Below, piece after piece: positions 39,917 through 58,402 of a DNA stretch of 64,000 nt. The notes below the pieces were generated by a model, which saw nothing but the letters and a program-made list of their open reading frames with translations, had not been told where the DNA came from and ran no database searches. The first letter of the stretch is position 1. Every line of letters begins with the position of its first letter. The position numbers and the translations under genes are program-made. Origin of the DNA: Rhizophagus irregularis (lineage: Eukaryota); the NCBI RefSeq assembly GCF_026210795.1, contig NC_089430.1:2666001-2730000 (forward strand). Reading direction: 5' to 3'.

Positions 39917-41881
39917 GGCGAAAGTTTCTTGAAAAGTTTAAAAGTGAAAATGTTTTTGATACTCAGTTATTTATAAATGTATCATATTTGGAATATGTTA
40001 CCGTTTCACAGAGGCTTGTTTTGGAATACCCGATTTTCTATTATCCGATTTACGGATTTAGACGATAATTTCCTTTGCATTAATCTTGACCCGTGTAACG
40101 GTTGAGACCTGACCATCCATATATAGTATACATATAGGTGGGTCAAGATTGATTCATATTTTGCCCCTGAAACGAGTTTGTTTGGGGAACTATTCCTGTT
40201 TTACAATTATATAGAACCATTTACAACTCAATACTCTAGCAGTTAAAGTTATCATTAAAATTTCTTAACATAATATTTAGGTATTTCAACGATGTTTCAT
40301 TACAACTTGCGTATTCCCGATTTTTTAAGGTTATATTGTATCATTTACTGCATAAGTTTTTATTTATTTAGTACATACTGGATTTGTTTCATGCCGATGT
40401 TCTTTGATCCGTAGATTTGGCGGCACCTAAACATTATAATATACCCTCACGTTTTTGAAATAAACTTTAAATGTCCTTTATATAAAGTTGCTTATCATTT
40501 CAATGATGGTTCTAGTGCCTTCCAGCCTTATTGTGATAGGAAAATAAAACACAATGTGAATACAGTATGGCAAAAAATAACATCAATTGATGTCAAAACA
40601 AGCGTAGAATTAACTTACGGATTAACGATTTAACATAATTATCGATTGCTATTTGTTTTTACAAAGAAGCAGCATTCAACCGTTAAAAATAATAATTTCC
40701 CACTCTGCGCGACGTAAATACATGTAAACTTTATACAAAGTTTATCATTTGGAATAAACTGGTAAAAGATAATAGATAGCTAGTGAAGACAGTTATTACA
40801 AACATTTCGTAATGTACGTAAATCAATCATGTATGAATAAAAATAAATTGATAAATGTATAAATATAAATAACACAACGAATATTTATAATTAGTAAAAG
40901 TCAGAACTTTTTAAAATGACTTTAAATGTGACTTTTCAGCTTTTACAAATTACAAGCATTCTACATTTTTTTCGCAGTCCGATAATCACTTTCAGGCTGA
41001 TAAGTGATAATACAGCTTCTTTAATGTAAGGTCCCGATATTTAAGATGCTCGGTTTTAGATTTATTTCTTTTTTTCATGTATCATTATGCTATGAAATTA
41101 TAAAGATCCTGAATCGAAAGATTCTTTAGAATAAATGGTATTAACTCTAGTGTAATAAAGCTCAAGTAAATTGTAAATTTGACGTACTCATTTTATAAAG
41201 TTACTGTGGAAGAACTTTTAATCGGAAGGTTTGATTAAATAACTTATACAGCTAGCTTCGGAATAATACCACAGCAAAAAATTCGTTATTGTGCTTTATT
41301 ATAATTTAATTCCAATGCAAAAGAGATAACGCAGTAAACATTAGCTTTACTTCACATGCATTGTATCGTAACTGGTGATTGAAAAAGTCTTTGGTGTAAA
41401 CAAAATTTGTCATGGAAAGAATTAATTTGAAATTGAACTATGCATCTACATATTAAGCGGCAATCTCTTTCGAGAAGTAAAAAAATAAAAATGTCTTTAA
41501 ATCTTTATTGATGATTCTGTTTATTAGATATTTCCGTCTTTTATATTATTTTTTTTTTATTTCACCGTTTGAAACCATTTGTTTTTGTTCCCTCGTGCGA
41601 GGCTCATTGTTGTTTATATAAATTTTTTAATATTTAGATAAATCGTTAACGGTTAATGTTATTCTTTTTTAGATTTTTTTTTAATGGGAAAGGTTAATAT
41701 TCATCTAAATATTATTAAACTTTGTGAAGTCACGAAATTTAAAGATAAAGCAGTAAAAAAAAAATTTGAAATATTCGGGATTATTTCCTGTTACTTGAAA
41801 AAAAAATGTCGCAGTTGATCAATTGTATATGGAACAGATCATTCCTACGCAAACAAGTACTTATATGTTTATATAATTTTA

Positions 41882-41985
41882 TACGAATCAAATTTTTCTC
41901 TCGTTCTTGAATACGTAAAGGGCGGAACATTAGGAGAATATTTAAAGAAGAATCAAGAAAACTTTCGGATGGGAAAAACGCAGTC
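41882..41985 (+). pseudogene. Kinase hinge-region fragment
   Basis: YESNFSLVLEYVKGGTLGEYLKKNQENF, then a frameshift to WEKR. No continuation. Confidence 0.6.
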
Positions 41986-44453
41986 ACATTCTTTACACCG
42001 TTCTTTAGTAAACGGTTTATTATAATAAACACATTCTCCATTCTCCATGATCAGCGTTGTAAGATATTATTTCTTTAAAATATTTTCATTATGAAAGTCT
42101 TTATGAAACACTTTAATCTAATATATATATATATATATGTGCATCTTGAAGACCAATTATAAAGATTTCTTGCCATATTTAAATTATATGATAATTTTAA
42201 ATTTGATAGTTGGATAATAATCGATTATTCATTTAAAATAGTATTCGAATTTTTTATTTAAATAAAAAAAGGTATAATAGAATAAATTCTTCTTTAATGA
42301 AATTTTTTTTATGCAAAATTAACATATTTAATAATAAGATCTTGATCAAAAATTGTGAAAGGAATTTTTTTTTAAATGATTTGTGCAAAACAAATCCAAA
42401 TAATCAAATAAAAATTGTAACAATAATAATATTATTAAATTGAAATATAATACGGTTAATATTAATGAGCAAATTTAATAGTATTCACTTTTGGAATGGT
42501 GAAGGATTTTAATAAATATTCATTATAATATTATTACTATTTTAATATCAAGATGTTTCCTCGTATGGAGCTATTTAAAATTCCCTGTAGACTTCTATTC
42601 CTTGAGGTAAATTTCAAGTTTTGTGTTTTGTGTATGGTTTTATTAGCATTTTTCTTTGGTTTTATCGGATGAAACACAATATACTGTATAATGATCTAAT
42701 AAGTTTCGATTTTCATTGTTAAAAACAGAGAACCGCAACCTTTTATGGCTGGTAGGTTTTTATTGTCCTAAAAATATTCTTATTGTCAAAATAGATTAAA
42801 TGTACATGCTCTGGCAATAACTTTTTCGGATTGGATCAGCGTAGAAATTGATTCTATAGGATTCTTTTAAGTAATAATGCTATTAACTTTAAATTTTATA
42901 TAATATTAATGCTTGAAACTCTAATATGTGATCACACAAATTCCAGTAAGCATATGTATTGAATTTTTTCATTACTAGCTTACATGTTACTATATTTAAA
43001 GAATTAGCATATAAATTTTTATATCTTTATCTTTTCTAGAAAATTAGAAATCAAAAAAATACTGACATCAATTATATTTTACATTTTTTTAATTTAACCA
43101 TTTATTATTTTTTAATTATTTTTAATTAATGGAGTTATTTAAATTTTTATATCGCTAGCTTTCATATATGTGTTTTTTAGTGTTCATTTTATCACATATC
43201 AAAATAATATTATTATGTATGTTTCTGAGCAATTAAGCAAAATCAGGCGTCCGCTATTTTTGTCCAAGTAGTGCATGTTTCTCTAGTACTATGTAACAAA
43301 ATAAAAATAAATGAATTAAATAATTTGAGTAGAAGATCAACCCCTTGTCACAATGTCACATGTATATTAGGTTTCACTGAAATTTTTGATACGAGTTTAA
43401 TTCCTGGATTGATCATTGTTCTAGTCCTCTCTAGGATGCTGTTTCTGTTTCTTTTTAAGGTTTGGTTTTGAGGAATGGACTCAAAATTTTCTACACTAAT
43501 TTCTACACTTTTTAAGACAGACATCTGATGACTAACAAAAAACAAAGTATGCGGCTTATTTTCATCCCTCTCTTTAATAATCTTCCACGACCTAACCTAT
43601 GAAAGACATCTTTAACTCTAGTGAGATCATTATTCATTAAAGCAGTTTGAAACTCCACTGATATCTTTCTTATTAATTGCAGTCCTCAAGTTTCCAATGA
43701 CCAGGATACCAATGGCATAAATATCAAGCTTATACGTTCAATTTATGAAAGAAATCGTTAATTCTTCTCCAGATTACGATAAATATTTACCTGTTTAATA
43801 CTTAATTTTTTGAAAAAAGTCAAAATAATAATTGAAAATGTTAAATTATTGTTTTTTTTTTGAAAAAAATAGAATTATAAAAATATACATATCTAATGCG
43901 AAGCTTCGATGTGTATATAAAAATTAATTACTTTACGAGAGATAGGATTATAAATATCCATCCAAGGATGACGATTCTCCGTTTTGCTTTGAAAAATTGA
44001 AAAAAAACCGTGTTGATCAAGGTAAAACAATGTTAGATGAAATTTATTAAAAAAAAAAAATAAATAAAATAAATAATAAATGTTTATTTTATTTTACTTT
44101 TTTTGTTTTAATTCGTGGTAAATTCACTGATCATGTGTAACACATGTATTTGCATATTTTACCTTATATGATGATATTTCACATATTCTATTATAAAGTT
44201 ACATCCCAATTTTTTTTTTATTATATTGAAAAAAAATTTTGAAAGGAACCTCTTAATTAAAAAAGATCCTAAAGCTAGAATTTTTATTAGCAAAAAATCA
44301 AAAATTAATTAAAACAAGAGCAGTTCTGTTCAATTTATTAATCAATTTTTGAAGAGGAATTCTTGCGAATTTTTCTTCTTGATAAAGCCACGTAATAAAT
44401 TAAATCACGTGATGAGGTGAACACATCCAGTTAGTTAATCGCCATTTTATTTA

Positions 44454-44639
44454 CAGCTGTTTTCATAAGACCTGGGACAAACTAAATTTTTGAACCCGAT
44501 CCGCCGATCCGGTTTTTTAGCTGGGCACGATCCTGATTTGATAGTTTGATTTGTAAAATAAATAACAACTGAACCGGATCGGTGGGTCGGCGGTCGGGTT
44601 CAAAAATTTATTTTGTCCCAGGTCTTATGAAAACAGCTG
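44454..44639. mobile_element. TA-targeting MITE (186 bp)
   Basis: ~55-bp TIR CAGCTGTTTTCATAAGACCTGGGACAAA(C/A)TAAATTTTTGAACCCGA, flanked by TA on both sides. Confidence 0.92.
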
Positions 44640-44760
44640 TAATATAAAAAAAATAATAACAATGGTAGTTTATACGTTATTATTTCTTATAAAAATATGT
44701 TTGGAAGAGCATTCGCTCAATTGAAAATTTTACTCCCAATGACTCCGCACAATTTATTAA

Positions 44761-45310
44761 TTAATATTTCACAACAGCTTTACCAATATTTTTACCACTC
44801 AACATATCAACAAACCCTTTTTGCAACATTTTCAATCCCTACATAAATATTCTCTTTATAAATAATTTACCGGCTCTAACCTATTCAGCAAGATCTTTTT
44901 CACAATCTCTTTCAATATCCGTTCCTTTATATTGGAGTACGGTAAATCCTTGTATACGAATAGATTGAAGTAAAATTCTTTCTACATGTTTTAACTTATA
45001 TTTTTCTTCAGGATTTGTTATATTATATTGTGCAATCACAATGCGAGCAAACATACTGTATTACAATGATCAATAACTATATCAAGAGTTTCTCCACTAC
45101 ATTTAACAAATTAAAGAAATATTACGTTAAAAATATACAATGTGGTTATATATATATATGATCATATTTATATGAATACATACCCGACATTGTCAAAGAA
45201 ATATCAATACCATTTGGACAATGTTTAGATAATTCCTAAAAAATATGTAACGTGTCTAATTATCATGAAAAAAAAATTCTTATATACTGTACTTTATCAA
45301 AGCCAACCTT
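44761..45310 (-). pseudogene. Partial tandem duplicate (3' half) of reductase D
   Basis: Collinear with 46189-46761, including introns. TGG>TAG at ~44882, extra Ts at 44818-44822, and a deletion in the CGM motif. Confidence 0.88.
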
Positions 45311-46188
45311 ACTTAACAAGTTTTTCAAATAAATTTACATAAAAATTTTCATAAATATGTATAATTTATTATTGTGATATATAAGTTTACCTGTAAAATA
45401 AAAAGTAATTACTATGATATGCGATAAGACGTGATCAATCAACACCTGACGCCTGAGGCACAGCATATACATTATACAATATGTTAAAAATTAGGTAAAT
45501 AGTTTAAAGAAAATAACAATACGAATTATGTGAACGCAATATCTGTAATGTGTGACAAAGACTCGCTTACGGACCGTTTCCTGACATGCTATGCCGATTA
45601 TAAATTTTTTAAATTTTAGGAAATGGGTTGGCAGATGATCAGCACATGCGCCACGACTGTTTTTACGAAAAAATTTTTACCTTGAAAAAAAAGGGTTAAT
45701 AAACTTACTTTTAACTTCCAAAAATTACGCCTAGGAATGTATTTTCACCCGCTCTGCAAGTTTACTTAGCTTAGAACGACGAAATAAGTTTTATATGACT
45801 TATAAACTATCCATAACGTAACTTAACGAAAACGGCTAAAATAGCTGCAACACAACCTCTCCTTTTGCCAAGATGACAAAATAATATGTGTTCATAATTT
45901 TTTTCATAGTATTGGTCACGTATAATGCTTTTTGCAAAACCATAATAAAAGGATAAGTTTAAATATTTTAGTATTACCATACAACTAAAAAAAAAATCAA
46001 ACCCGTGTGGCGCGATCTGCTACTTATTTATGCTTTTTATATTATACACAAATTACAAATACGATATCACACAAATACGAGGAATTTAATAATTAATATA
46101 GACTTTATTATATATTTCATGTAAGCACAAATAAAAATATTGTACTTAGTGTACTTTGAATTCCAAATGACCATCCATAATTTTTTAA

Positions 46189-47599
<1,411 letters not shown>

Positions 47600-48750
47600 T
47601 TTCCTTTTTTTTTAAAAAAAAAAAAATGAAGATAAAATGGATAAAATTGGTATCAATGGCCATATATTTATAGATAAAATTATCCGATGATTAATGCATT
47701 GATGATCACATTCGGTAATTATATCGTATTTATTGATTGAGAATTGATAGGTACATGAATAATATTATATGCAACCCTTTTTTGACTTAATAATAACCGG
47801 TTAAATCTTCGCCATTATATTATTAGATTTATAATACATCAAATATTCAGGAAGAATTCTTTAATGTTTTAATAAACATTGAAATTTAATTTATTTCTTT
47901 CATTAAAACATACCTGTTACTTTAGTTGGTAAGTTGGTTATTATATATATATTACATTAAATTCCTATAACGAATACAAAGTATCTAAAATAATTAATAA
48001 AATTTAAGAATCACTCAAATTCGAATTTTAAATTGATCGACTTTAGATAGGATTATTGATCGTATGAGGTAAACGGCCGGATTATCCCTTAAATTACGCC
48101 CGTGCATCATATTGAAATTGTGTAGATCGTACACATGGGGTATGCTTTAGTAAGCCATTACCTGAATCAGGTGTTGTCTCAATAGCTCAATAGCTCAATG
48201 AAGTTAGCAGACTTAATTACGTACATTGCTAGTTGCTTCGTCAAGAAAGGCCTTTAAGTTTATCCGTTTATTTTCGTATCAATCGAAGAAAAAAAATCCA
48301 ACAATTCTCTCCAGAGATTATCATCATTATATTCGGTATATTATCAAATTGAAGTACGCCATTATTGTTTAACAATTACATAAGATTTATTATTTGTGAC
48401 TATCCGGTTAAAGGATTTTTTAAAAATCCGGTCAAATATTTAATGCCGCAATTTAACCGGAACCGGCTCGAAATTTTTATCGGATTAATAATGTTAGGAA
48501 TCAAATGTATAAATGCGAAACTAGATATAATAAAGCCGTCCATCCAAATTTATTTTATCCGGATATAAAGAAAGAACAGAATATATCATACATGTGATAA
48601 ATAGGTAAATAAATTCGAACTATAAGATATATTTATAATTCAAATATTCAAATAATTATATAATTATAAAATCATAACAAAATTAAATACTGTAATAATA
48701 ATATAATAACATTAAAAAATTTTAAAAAGAAAATTCATGTAATTTTTTTT

Positions 48751-50287
<1,537 letters not shown>

Positions 50288-51362
50288 GTTTTTTTTTAAA
50301 AAAAAAATATGAAAGTTCTGTTCTTTTATATATAAGAATTTAGGAATTTGCTACAATACATATTTTAAATGAGTATCAAATCAATTTAGTAAAATATGAA
50401 AAAAAAAAAAGATTTCCAAACTGTATAAATGTGATTGGTCTTTCTTCTACTCTCTAATTAGTCCGGCATACTCCTTAAAATATTTATCGTTATCGAGTTT
50501 TCGATGGAAAATTACATGGATCCAAGGGACATTTTTGGAATGATTTACCAAACTTTAACATTACTTTATTTACTTTTGTATTACCATGCTTTTTTTTGTA
50601 AAACTTATAAATAAACAGAACAAAGTTCCCCATAGGATCCATGAAATTTTATCTATTTATTTTTTTTTAAAAAATATCCCAATATGTACTATGTATACAT
50701 AAACATTAATTAAGTGTTATTAATAATGTATCGCGTAATTTAATGGGTGATCCGGTGATAATGTTTTATTGTTGTAAAGATGATCAATAGCCATAATCGT
50801 CCAACGAAAGAATTCCGGTTAATAGTATTTATTTTGAGTTTTGTAACCTACCACCATTGTTTTGACAAATTCGTTCTTATTGTGTATGCCAAGAATTGGT
50901 TTTACTTACAAACAGTTACGCTGTTTACGAGTTACTAAATTTTATTTGCAATAATTTACTTATATAGAAAGATGTATAGACGGAAAACACCTAGCACGAA
51001 TATCACCTCACGTGACTTCACACAAATTTGTCAAGCCTGACAAGCCAATAATTTCACTATGTCGATTATTACGTTAAACGTGCGTGTACCATATGTATTA
51101 TTCCAACGACACGGTCAGAGATAATATTAAAGAAATTCTTAATGAGACATGTTTTTTGTTGTTATTTCATATACTCGGGTCAACCCCTTTAGTTATTTAA
51201 ACAAAAAAACTGATTGCAGTTCAGATGGTATTATCGAAAACAGATATGTTTTTTAATGATTAAAGATATCTAAATACAATAGAGATCTAATAGTGTATAA
51301 AAACACGTAACTCTAGAAAGTTAACAGTGCAGTAATGCGAATATTTTGTGATTCCGCATTCT

Positions 51363-51488
51363 CCCTGTAAAAAAAGTTGATCCGTTTTTTTGTATTCCAT
51401 CTTTTTTCCGTAAAAGGCTCATTATTTACATTTTCCGTGAATAGATCCGGGAAAGGCTCATTTTTACGAAGCTTTTACAGAAATAACA
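51363..51488 (+). repeat. Dispersed repeat related to 18071-18319, without the insert
   Basis: CCCTGTAAAAAAA...TTTACATTTTCCGTGAATAGATCCGGGAAAGGCTCATTTTTACGAAGCTTTTACAGAAATAAC. Confidence 0.75.
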
Positions 51489-52335
51489 AATATAGAGTCT
51501 GTAATTCTTCACGTCAGAGAGATTTCATAAATTCTACCCTACATATTTCATTCCATTTCCATTTATTTTTCTCAACGAATTAGTCATACTCATGCGCGGA
51601 AACTTGAAAGGTCTAGAGCTTCATTTTCATGAATACGAGACAAGTATATTCGTGTGGGAGCAGAGTCAGCAGACGCAAACCATCCATACAAAATGGCTTA
51701 TTATACTAGTCCATTATAAATTTATAGATAAGTACTATCAAAATGTAAATTTTGAAATGTAAATTTTGTATATATTAAGTTTGGTCATTACATTATATAA
51801 ATATTTATCAAATGGGTAACTCCTTTTTATAATTTACAAAATTTGATACCAATAAATTAAATGTTTAAAATTATTGAGTCATGCAGTAGCTTATAAATTA
51901 AGGAATGTGAAACAATAAATTCTCCCCTTATTATTTTTGAAAATTTTCAAGGGTAATCTAAACATATGTCTAAATATGTTTTAAAGCATCTCCCTTCCTT
52001 TTTTAAAGTTGAGTGGTACTAAGATTTCCAATTTTACCGAAAATTTCCGAAATTTTCCCTCCCCCCAAAATTTTTTCAGCAGAAAAGGACGTTAAACTAA
52101 TTATTTACTAGTTTGGAACGGCTTTTACCCTTGTGTGACGAATATCTTTCAATCAGAGGCGGTGAAATTTATTTTAAAGAAACCGAAACTAGAAATAATG
52201 TAACCATGCTGAATCATAAAAAAATAAAAAATAAAAGTTTCTTGGTTGAGTTGGTTCCACAGAAACTTACACTCTTACAGTAATCAGCTGGTTAAATCGT
52301 TATTATCGTCAGTTAAGATTGAACATCCCTTTCAA

Positions 52336-52414
52336 AATAATAATAATAAACAATAATAAAATAATAATTATTATTATTATTTTTATTATTACCGTTATTA
52401 TTGTTGTTGTTGTT
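52336..52414. repeat. Compound microsatellite (AAT)n(ATT)n(GTT)n
   Basis: Directly visible trinucleotide runs. Confidence 0.8.
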
Positions 52415-53043
52415 GTTATAATGTTATTATTATAGTGGAAAATAAATAACTTTTCCTGAAATTTATATAATTCCAACCATTTCCTCCCACAAAAGCGATT
52501 AACCAATATGCATGAGTACAAAGTGTCGTTACCTAAATATAAAATTTTTAAGCAGGAGACATTATTTGTTATTATTATTTTTTTTATTTTAAAAAAAATG
52601 AAGTTTTACACAATTGTGTTACAAACATAAAGTATAAATTACCCGGTCAAAACCGCAATTGTAGAACAAATATTGAATTAGCAATCTAAAAAATTTTACA
52701 TGTAAAATAATTGGCCGGTTAAAATTATTATTATTCTATGCTTATAAATAAAATTTTTTCGTTCGATGTATAATTATATAATAATTTTTGTTTTTTTAGT
52801 GCAAATAATTAAATTTTTACGTAATACATATAAATTAATTATAACAATTCGTAATTCACTTATATATTTAAATATAATAAATATAATAGCGACAGCTTTG
52901 GCATATAATTATGAGATTTGTGTACTGGGATTGAAATGGGAATGAATGTACAGTATGTTACCTTGGACATTGGGTGTGGAATAAGAACTGACACCCATGG
53001 GAACGGCAAGTATAATTAGGAATTTTGAATTTTTGTATAAAAG

Positions 53044-53395
53044 TAGAGCTTGGAACTAGTTAAGGTTAACCGGCTAAAAAATAACCGGTCGGTTAAAATA
53101 CGAGATCATGAAACAGAGAAAATAATTTCCTTATTTATAAATAATTCAAACATAATTCTGACTAGAATTAAGATTAAAATTTCGTAATGCATTAATTCCA
53201 GTCAAAATTTTTAGAATTAAGGTTTTTTTTTGGACAGGTTCATACACGAGTGAATATTTTAGGAGTCTAGTACAGTTACATGCTATTAAAATTAATGTAT
53301 TTCTATCAAATAGAAAATAAATGCATGTTTTTTTTAGAAATTATTACCGGTTGATTATTAATCACTTAAGGTTTTTGTACCGGTTCTAAGCTCTA
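53044..53395. mobile_element. hAT-like MITE
   Basis: TAGAGCTTGGAACTAGT ... ACCGGTTCTAAGCTCTA, with subterminal ACCGG motifs. Flanks GTATAAAA(G) and GTACGAAA may be a decayed 8-bp TSD. Confidence 0.7.
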
Positions 53396-56300
53396 GTACG
53401 AAATTGAATACCCTTTCTGGCTTGAATTCTCATAATTTTATCTTTACATCATATTGGGAAAATAGGTAATGCACGTATTTTAATTAAAAACGGCGTGTGT
53501 TAGGGTATTATTTTATTTGTTACATAAACTAAAATCATAAGGTTCTGTACAATAAAAATCGAAAGATGTACCTAAGAGTCTAAGACATTATATATATTTA
53601 AGGTGTTTTGAAAGTATTTAAATAGAGATAGCAAGAGCGTTATTTTTTAAAATCTATTTTCTTTTTTCGACGGTTATTTTCATTTTTAATGGCGAATAAA
53701 ATTTCGCTGTCTCGTAAGAGACTTAAAGAAAAAAGGCGAAAATTCGCGTGGACAAAGGTGCATTTTTTGTTATGAATGAAACAGGAACTTTAAAGGAGGA
53801 TCTAGTTTATTGTTGTGTTTTAATAGCATAAAGTGAATATTTATTTATCGTTAATATAAATTATTATGATATTGATTTACAATTTTAATAATAAATTTAA
53901 TAAAAATTATTTTTGAAGAGTAACTTATTAATAATAAAATGTATATTGATGATATTCTGAATTCTTTAGTTTATTTTTAGAATATTTTTAGAATAATAGA
54001 ATCTATAGTTATGATGATTGGTTAATTTTTTAATGCTAAAGTTCTTTTAATCCTATACACTAATCGCTAATCTTTATTTAGTAATCTTAATAACCTATCT
54101 TTAATTCTTATTCTAACTTTAATCCTGAGAATTTTTTGCAAATATTTTTTCTTGTTCTATACATTACATGAGCCCAATAAGTCTTTATTTATTATGCTCA
54201 ATAGAACCAAGTATTTTTTTTTTATTATTATTTGACTCAACAATATGAAACTAGAGAAGATAAATAATGGTAGAAAGTAATCATCTAAAGTTACACAGCC
54301 ACAACATTTTGTTATTATAAATAATATCTTAATTGTTTATTAATACTGGCTTTAAATATATGTTTATATAATTAATATCGCACTAAATCGCATCCCAGTC
54401 GTTACAGGGAGCGTGCAGAAAAGTGGATCAGTATAATTTCTAATAATGGTCCACGAAACAAGGATCAGTCTTTCTTATCAAAAATTTCATTTTGAGGAAA
54501 GTTTAGCTTATATGTTATGATTTTATATAAAAATACTATTTTTACACTAGAATGACATGCATATGACATAAATTGAATATTGATTATATCAGACTATCTT
54601 ATGATTCTTATCCTTATTTTTATATTTGTATTATCAGACTTTACCTTTAATCTTTAAGATATAAAGCAATAGTAAAGCAATAGTTTTTACTGGTAAAGAA
54701 ATTCATTTTTATATAATAAGAGTTGCTAATAAATAGTAAATATCTATATGTATTATAACTATAAAATATTATTGTTTTATTTATTTATTTAGTAATAGTT
54801 ATTCGTAGAATCAGAAATGTATAAGCTATATAAGCTGATTTTTATATATGATAGAAGTTAAAGGATTTATAATACTTTATCATTACTATTGGTTAAAATT
54901 ATATCTTGATATTCTTATTTACTATACTGTGTGAGATAGTAAAGACTAAAGAGCTACTTAGTAATGTACATTATAAAATATACAGAAGCAAGCTCTCGTG
55001 GCTATTCAATTACAATCAGATTATAAAGTTATAAAATTTTGTCCTTGTATTATGGCAAATTTAATTACTCTAGACATATAAAAGGCTATTTTTATTTACT
55101 ATATTCGTTTATGTTGATACGTATTATATAAAAGCAATTATGCCTTGCTACTGATGATTCCCTCTTTTTGTCACTATAAATAGGTGGAGGAGTAGCAATG
55201 GCTCTCCTCCCGTATACTAATGGAGGAGCTTTCATAAAGTTATTATAAAGTAGTTAAAATAACTTGTTAATAAAAGTTAATGTATAGTTTGTAGTTTTCA
55301 GTAATTTTAAAATAAGATCAGGATGTTTATGCATCAAATGACTGATTTTATACATTAAAGCTCTCATATATATATACTATACTATGAATAATTATTTAAA
55401 TTATTATTTCTGTATGTTTTTAAAAACATTTGGAATAGTGCAACAAGCAAGCTTCTGTTATTTGATTATTTTAATTATAAGTAAATTTAATATCTTTATT
55501 TGATGCTAAAGCGTCCATATTCTGGCCTAATATTAAAAAAATTATTAATTAAGTTATAACCTACATGAAATAACAAAACTAATCTACTTATAATTTGTTT
55601 TTGTAAAACTTTTAGTTAATATTTTATATATATTATTTATTATCTATAAGCTATTATGGTGCAATATATTTATTTTTGTAATAATAAATTATTTTTTAAA
55701 TTTTAAAATATAATATTAACTTTATTATAACGTTACAACATTTATATTTTATACCATATTATAGCTGCTATTGCTGCTATTTCAAAGGTTCGTTTTAATA
55801 TATTGATTTATTTTTATATTTGTAAAAGTATCTTTTTTTAAGAAAGAAGAATTGTATGAGAAAATAATTTCTTTTGCTTATTAGTGTAAATATTTTAAAT
55901 TTTTTTTTTTTTTCTACTTTCATTAATAATGTAGAATTTTATAAATTTATTAAATATATATATATGTATTTTTTCTCATTAAAATAAAAAAAAAGAACAT
56001 AAGTTATACATATAATATTTGTATCAGAATATATCTATAAATAATTTAGTGTTATTGAAGTCTAAATAAAATTATAAATATGATGTTAGAAATGTAATCA
56101 AATGAACGACTCACTTATAATATTCCTTATACAAGGTCAAAAATAGCATTTAAATCTCAGGACCCGAAATATACGCAGGAGTTTACAGCCGGTAAAACTC
56201 ATGTAAATCTTTCCTTTTTAGATAATGCCAGGTGAAAAGCAATTAACACTGACTGAAATTATCATGATTCCGGCCCACAAATGTTTATAGTTAATAGTAA

Positions 56301-57320
56301 GATTTTTTGGCTGCTTCTACCTTTTTTATACGTTCGAGGTCCTCTTGTATAATAGACCAAAATGTCCATTAGTAGTATATTATCTTTATTAAATCCTATA
56401 ATAAGTACATAAAGTTTTATCAAACCTAATGTAGAATCTTCTTTAATATCAGACTTTACTAATAATAAATAGTTATGATATACAAACATTTTTAATTCGT
56501 GATCCGTGAGTCAACTGCAAAAATTCATATACGATTTCGGTGCAAATTTATGTCGATCATTAGTATTTTTTTCTGATACCCGATTCTCATTCCTTATACA
56601 ATGCTCTTTATGTGAACCCATTCAACGCCAACATATTTTAATACATTATATTTATCCCAAAGTTTCAAATAATTTGTTTTTTACAATAATTTTTTCACAT
56701 GATTTTTCACTTTTATTTGACGCCACGCCAGATTCCCATTTTCTGCAGATCGTTTACAGTTGATTCAATGATTCATGGATCACGAATTTAATATTTTTCT
56801 ACGTAATTTGATATAAATACTTATTTAAGCAAGTAAACAAAAAAGAAGGTTCTTTTTTTTTTTAAATAAAACTAGTAGTAACAAACAAAAATACAGGTAA
56901 GCTAAAATCAGTAATTGTCACGTTTTAGACGTGTTGATATTTGATAGGTATGAACCCATTAAGTACAGAGTTTTCCTTTATTCCTCCAGTTTTGTGGGCG
57001 CGGTTTCTATTCATGCACAATACCGATCCTACTGTAAACTGTATAAATAAACTTCCCGTGATCATATAAACCGTGCCCACAATCAGGTTCCCTTTCCAAG
57101 AAAATAAACTCGTTTTAGGCTGAAAAATTAGTAATTTATTCACGAGTTCATGTTGTAATTTAGTTAAACACGAACAAGTCATGATCAGATTCTAACCAAA
57201 AAAAAAAACAAAAAGAATAAATGGACTTCCAAATTAACGAATATTGTTTACCCTCTTTTTTTCCTCTTTTTTTTTCAGAAAAAAAATAAAATAAACCAAA
57301 AAAGTTTTACTATAAACAAA

Positions 57321-58099
57321 ATGACCGAAGAAACAATCATATTGAATGTTGGAGGCGTAAAGGTAAGTTAAAAAGTTAAGACTAATAGTTCCATGAAATG
57401 TTTTTTATATCTTACTACCGATAATATATTATTTAGTACGAAACATTTCGTTCAACACTCACGGCGTACCCGAATACCATGCTCGGAACAATGTTTAGTG
57501 AACGTAACAAAATGACTCTTAAATCGGATGATAATAAAACATATTTTATTGACCGTAATGGATATGCCTTTTATTACATTATGGAATTTTATCGTACTGG
57601 CAAAATTTTATGGCCCGGTGAAATTAAAAATCAAGAAAATATGATGAAGCTTGTTACTATTCAACAACTTGAAATAGAAATAGAGTATTTTCAAATTCCA
57701 TTTGATGATACTTTTTTATTTCTTGTTCATAAGTCGGCTGCAAATGTTATTGATAAAATTATTTTATCACTTATTCAAATGATTAAAATTCATTTAGAAA
57801 ATTTTGGTGATGTAATTTCTATGTTGATTAAGGAATCTTCTATTGAATTTTCTCAAGACCAAAATCAACCTAAGTTAGAGTTACTTATTCCTGCATCACA
57901 TTCAGCATTACTTCATAAATTTTTAAAACATAATGATAAATCGATAGGAAATTATCTTGAATCAAAATTTTCTCATATTAATTTAGTATGGTCATGCACG
58001 ACTTATACAATTTTTAAAAATTCCTTTGCTTTTTTAGTCAGAATTTCATTCGAGTTAAATTTTAATAGAATACTTGACTATTCAATCATAAGAAATTAG
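57321..58099 (+). CDS. BTB/POZ (T1/KCTD-type tetramerisation domain) protein, 234 aa
   Basis: Exon 1 57321-57362 (MTEETIILNVGGVK), intron 57363-57436, exon 2 YETFRSTLTAYPNTMLGTMF...YFIDRNGYAFYYIMEFYRTGKI...EIEYFQIP. Confidence 0.92.
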
Positions 58100-58402
58100 T
58101 TGATATCCCGCTTAATATAGAATTTATCCTATATGAATTTATTCACGACAAATGATTTGTTTTGAATTAAAATACTTTATCGAAAAGATTAGTTGAGGGT
58201 TTGAGATTTTAATTATAAAATATTTACGAAATTTTTAAAGTTGGAATAATTATTGGTTATTACGTAATTGGATTTTTACTTGTATTAAACTATCATTTAT
58301 TCATATTAAATTGTTAAATTGCTAAAGATCGATCAAGCTTTTATTAATGTATTAACTTATATAATAAATCAAGTATTATTGGCATTTGAGAAATTAATTT
58401 CC

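Noticed and set aside
43300..43800. Minus-strand coding-like remnant
   Set aside because: Multiple stops and frameshifts, and no identifiable motif.
50507..50650. Imperfect inverted repeat AAAATT(A/T)CATGGATCC upstream of reductase E
   Set aside because: Short, partly self-palindromic (GGATCC), with no TSD or second copy.
54300..56100. CpG-depleted, TA-rich tract, possibly an old methylation-decayed transposon
   Set aside because: No termini or protein motif could be identified.
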